Assembly: GCA_964412695.1 (NCBI GenBank)
Contig: CAYPPU010000006.1
Location: forward strand, 14,109 to 78,108
Source: an uncultured Alteromonadaceae bacterium
GTDB lineage: Bacteria; Pseudomonadota; Gammaproteobacteria; Pseudomonadales; Halieaceae
Reading direction: 5' to 3'
Length of the DNA: 64,000 nt
In this document: positions 62,108 through 64,000 of the stretch, in pieces
Numbering within the stretch: position 1 is the first letter of the stretch
Layout: every line of letters begins with the position of its first letter
The notes under the pieces: model-generated
The model's input: only the letters and a program-made list of their open reading frames with translations
Databases searched by the model: none
Told to the model about the DNA's origin: nothing
Program-made: the position numbers and the translations under genes

Positions 62108-62212
62108 ACAAGCCCTCGCTGTCAAATGGCCTGCTCAGCTCGAGCAAGGCATGTGGTGAGGTTCAGGCTTCTGACGTCTCGATCGCCACGGCAGGATGGC
62201 GCTCAGATAGCG

Positions 62213-63310
62213 CTAGTGCTGACGCGTGACGCGCAATACTTGTCCGCTATCGGTAACCAGCATGATGGCGCCATCATCAAATACCCTGACATCACGAATG
62301 CGCTGATCGAGCTCTTCAAAGAGGCGCTGCTCGGAGACGATCTGGTTGTTTTCAAGCACCAATTTTCTGACGTCGTGGTCAATGAGAGAGCCTAAAAGAA
62401 GCTGCCCTTGCCAATCAGGAAACTCATCCCCCTGATAGACCGCTAGCCCTGAGGGACCAATGCTAGGAACCCAGTATTTCAAAGGCTGCTCCATCCCCGG
62501 AGCCTCTGTGAACGGGGAAATCACTGCGCCGCTGTAATCGAGTCCGTAGGTGATGGCGGGCCAGCCATAATTCTTACCTAACACGATCGCATTTATCTCG
62601 TCGCCGCCCTTGGGACCGTGCTCGTGCATCAGGATTTGACCCGAGGGGAGTACCAGCAAGCCTTGAGGATTTCGGTGACCGTAGCTTAGTACGCGAGGCG
62701 CGACCTCAGGGAAGGGGTTGTCTGCGGGCACACTTCCGTCATCATTGATGCGCAACACCTTGCCCAGCTCGCTGCCTAATTGCTGTGCTTTCTCGCGATA
62801 GCTAAAGCCTTCGCCGACCCCAACAATGAGGGTGTGGTCAGGCAAGAAGGCTAACTTGCCACCGTAATGGGCCGCTGTGGCTTTGCTGTCAGTAACCGAC
62901 AGAATCTCTTCCAAGTTTATAAGCGAGTTGCCGGCCAATTGGGCGCGCACAATGTGGGTTCGGTTATTTGTTGGCTCCCCGGCTGCGTAGCTCAGATAGA
63001 TCCAGCCATTGTCGGCATAGTTTGGATGGAGCACTACGTCTAACAGACCTCCCTGGCTAGCAAAATATACCGCGGGGACGCCGGTAATGTTTTCAATGTC
63101 TCCTGAAGCTTTCAGTCGCAATAATCGCCCGGGCTTTTCGGTCACCAGATAATCGCCGTTGTCGAGTTTGGCAATGGACCAAGGTTGATCTAAACCGTCT
63201 GCCAGCGGGGTGATCGTGTAGGCCGGCGCGGTTTCACTCCATGCGGTAAGACTGCCGGCGGTGCATGCTAGGGTGATGCTCATGAAGCAAAGTAATCGAG
63301 ATAGAGTCAC
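62213..63310 (-). CDS. PQQ-dependent aldose sugar dehydrogenase (YliI/GSDH family)
   Basis: Signal peptide, QGGLLDV, HYGG, SYGHRNPQG, EHGPKGGDEIN, NYGWP, RIRDVR. GTG at 63310 follows GAGGA. Confidence 0.92.
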   Translation of the reverse strand: MTLSRLLCFMSITLACTAGSLTAWSETAPAYTITPLADGLDQPWSIAKLDNGDYLVTEKPGRLLRLKASGDIENITGVPAVYFASQGGLLDVVLHPNYADNGWIYLSYAAGEPTNNRTHIVRAQLAGNSLINLEEILSVTDSKATAAHYGGKLAFLPDHTLIVGVGEGFSYREKAQQLGSELGKVLRINDDGSVPADNPFPEVAPRVLSYGHRNPQGLLVLPSGQILMHEHGPKGGDEINAIVLGKNYGWPAITYGLDYSGAVISPFTEAPGMEQPLKYWVPSIGPSGLAVYQGDEFPDWQGQLLLGSLIDHDVRKLVLENNQIVSEQRLFEELDQRIRDVRVFDDGAIMLVTDSGQVLRVTRQH

Positions 63311-63382
63311 CGTTCGTATCCTCGTTGACAATCGTTTATCAAAGGCTGCTACGATGCAGAGCTTAAACCGGATGGAAATCAA

Positions 63383-63814
63383 ATGCGGCATTTTCTGAGT
63401 CATAGTGTAATACCCTTTCTAATGGCGGTATTGGCGGCCTACGTAATTGGATCGATTATGGGAACGCAATTTGTCCTGCACTCGGTCGTTGAGATGGGCT
63501 TGCCAGTGAGTATTGGACTGAGGGTGGAAACGACTTTTGCCGATTTGGTGGGTACCTTGTCCGTTTTGTTGCCACTGATTGCCATAGCGCTTCTATGCGC
63601 GTTCATAGTGGCCGCGTTATTGGGCCGGTTGGCGCCTGCAATACAAAGCGGTCTGTTCGTTTTAGCCGGGTTCGTCGGCGTGGTAGCCCTGTTCCTTATT
63701 ATGCGCTCGACGCTAGGCCTTGATGGCTACGCACCTGTGCGGACGCCCTTGGGCTTGTTTGCCTTGGGTATGGCTGGCGCTTTGGGTGGCTGGGTATTCG
63801 CCCGGTCGCGCTAG
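63383..63814 (+). CDS. Hypothetical membrane protein (about 4 TM)
   Basis: 143-aa hydrophobic ORF with TQFVL...MGLPV...RVETTFADLVG. Divergent from the PQQ dehydrogenase. Confidence 0.72.
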   Translation: MRHFLSHSVIPFLMAVLAAYVIGSIMGTQFVLHSVVEMGLPVSIGLRVETTFADLVGTLSVLLPLIAIALLCAFIVAALLGRLAPAIQSGLFVLAGFVGVVALFLIMRSTLGLDGYAPVRTPLGLFALGMAGALGGWVFARSR

Positions 63815-64000
63815 AGGGATCGCGCCTAGGCAACGAGAGGGTGTAGCGCACCGATAGTCTGCCGGAAAACCAAGTCACGGTCTTAACGGTGTGGCCTTGG
63901 CAACATATCAGCATATCGCGACAACACGAATCCCCTGTACCTAAGCCAGCCCTGCGCCAATAGGCAAAGCCTATATTCACGTATGCCTTTGATAAGGGTT

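Noticed and set aside
63815-64000. Right-edge non-coding stretch with small hairpin TAGGC-AAA-GCCTA and a 93-aa minus ORF
   Set aside because: No recognisable RNA family or protein motif, and the context is cut off by the window edge.
1-64000. Mobile elements, prophage, tRNA/rRNA or a genomic island
   Set aside because: No transposase or integrase motifs or structural RNA signatures were seen. Composition looks uniform by eye and intergenic gaps are short.

Overview
A gene-dense, core-chromosome window from a gammaproteobacterium. Gene order and protein style suggest a marine Cellvibrionales/Halieaceae (NOR5/OM60)-like organism, which is inference only. Left to right: selD-mnmH(selU) (mnmH runs off the left edge and is missing from the ORF track); slt; yciH/slyX; a block of lipid- and ester-acting enzymes; a small SutA-like protein; two uncharacterised lipoproteins coupled to rlmKL; the leuCDB-asd-fimV-truA-trpFBA-accD-folC-dedD-cvpA-purF-metZ string; MoxR-DUF58-transglutaminase; gcdH; a rubredoxin::rubredoxin-reductase fusion; cysI-DUF934; an unannotated 36-aa membrane ORF; DUF2970; metH/nfuA with a SahR-like palindrome; a DAHP synthase; an AddAB-type helicase-nuclease pair; TauE, rarD, an lldD-like oxidase; and a PQQ sugar dehydrogenase with a divergent membrane protein. 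I saw no rRNA, tRNA, CRISPR array, transposase, integrase or prophage gene. I cannot demonstrate a new system. The best leads are the hidden small ORF in the cysI-metH block, the lipoprotein pair, the SutA-like protein, the structured leuC leader, the rubredoxin fusion and the AddAB-like pair. Family calls come from motif recognition by eye, not database searches.
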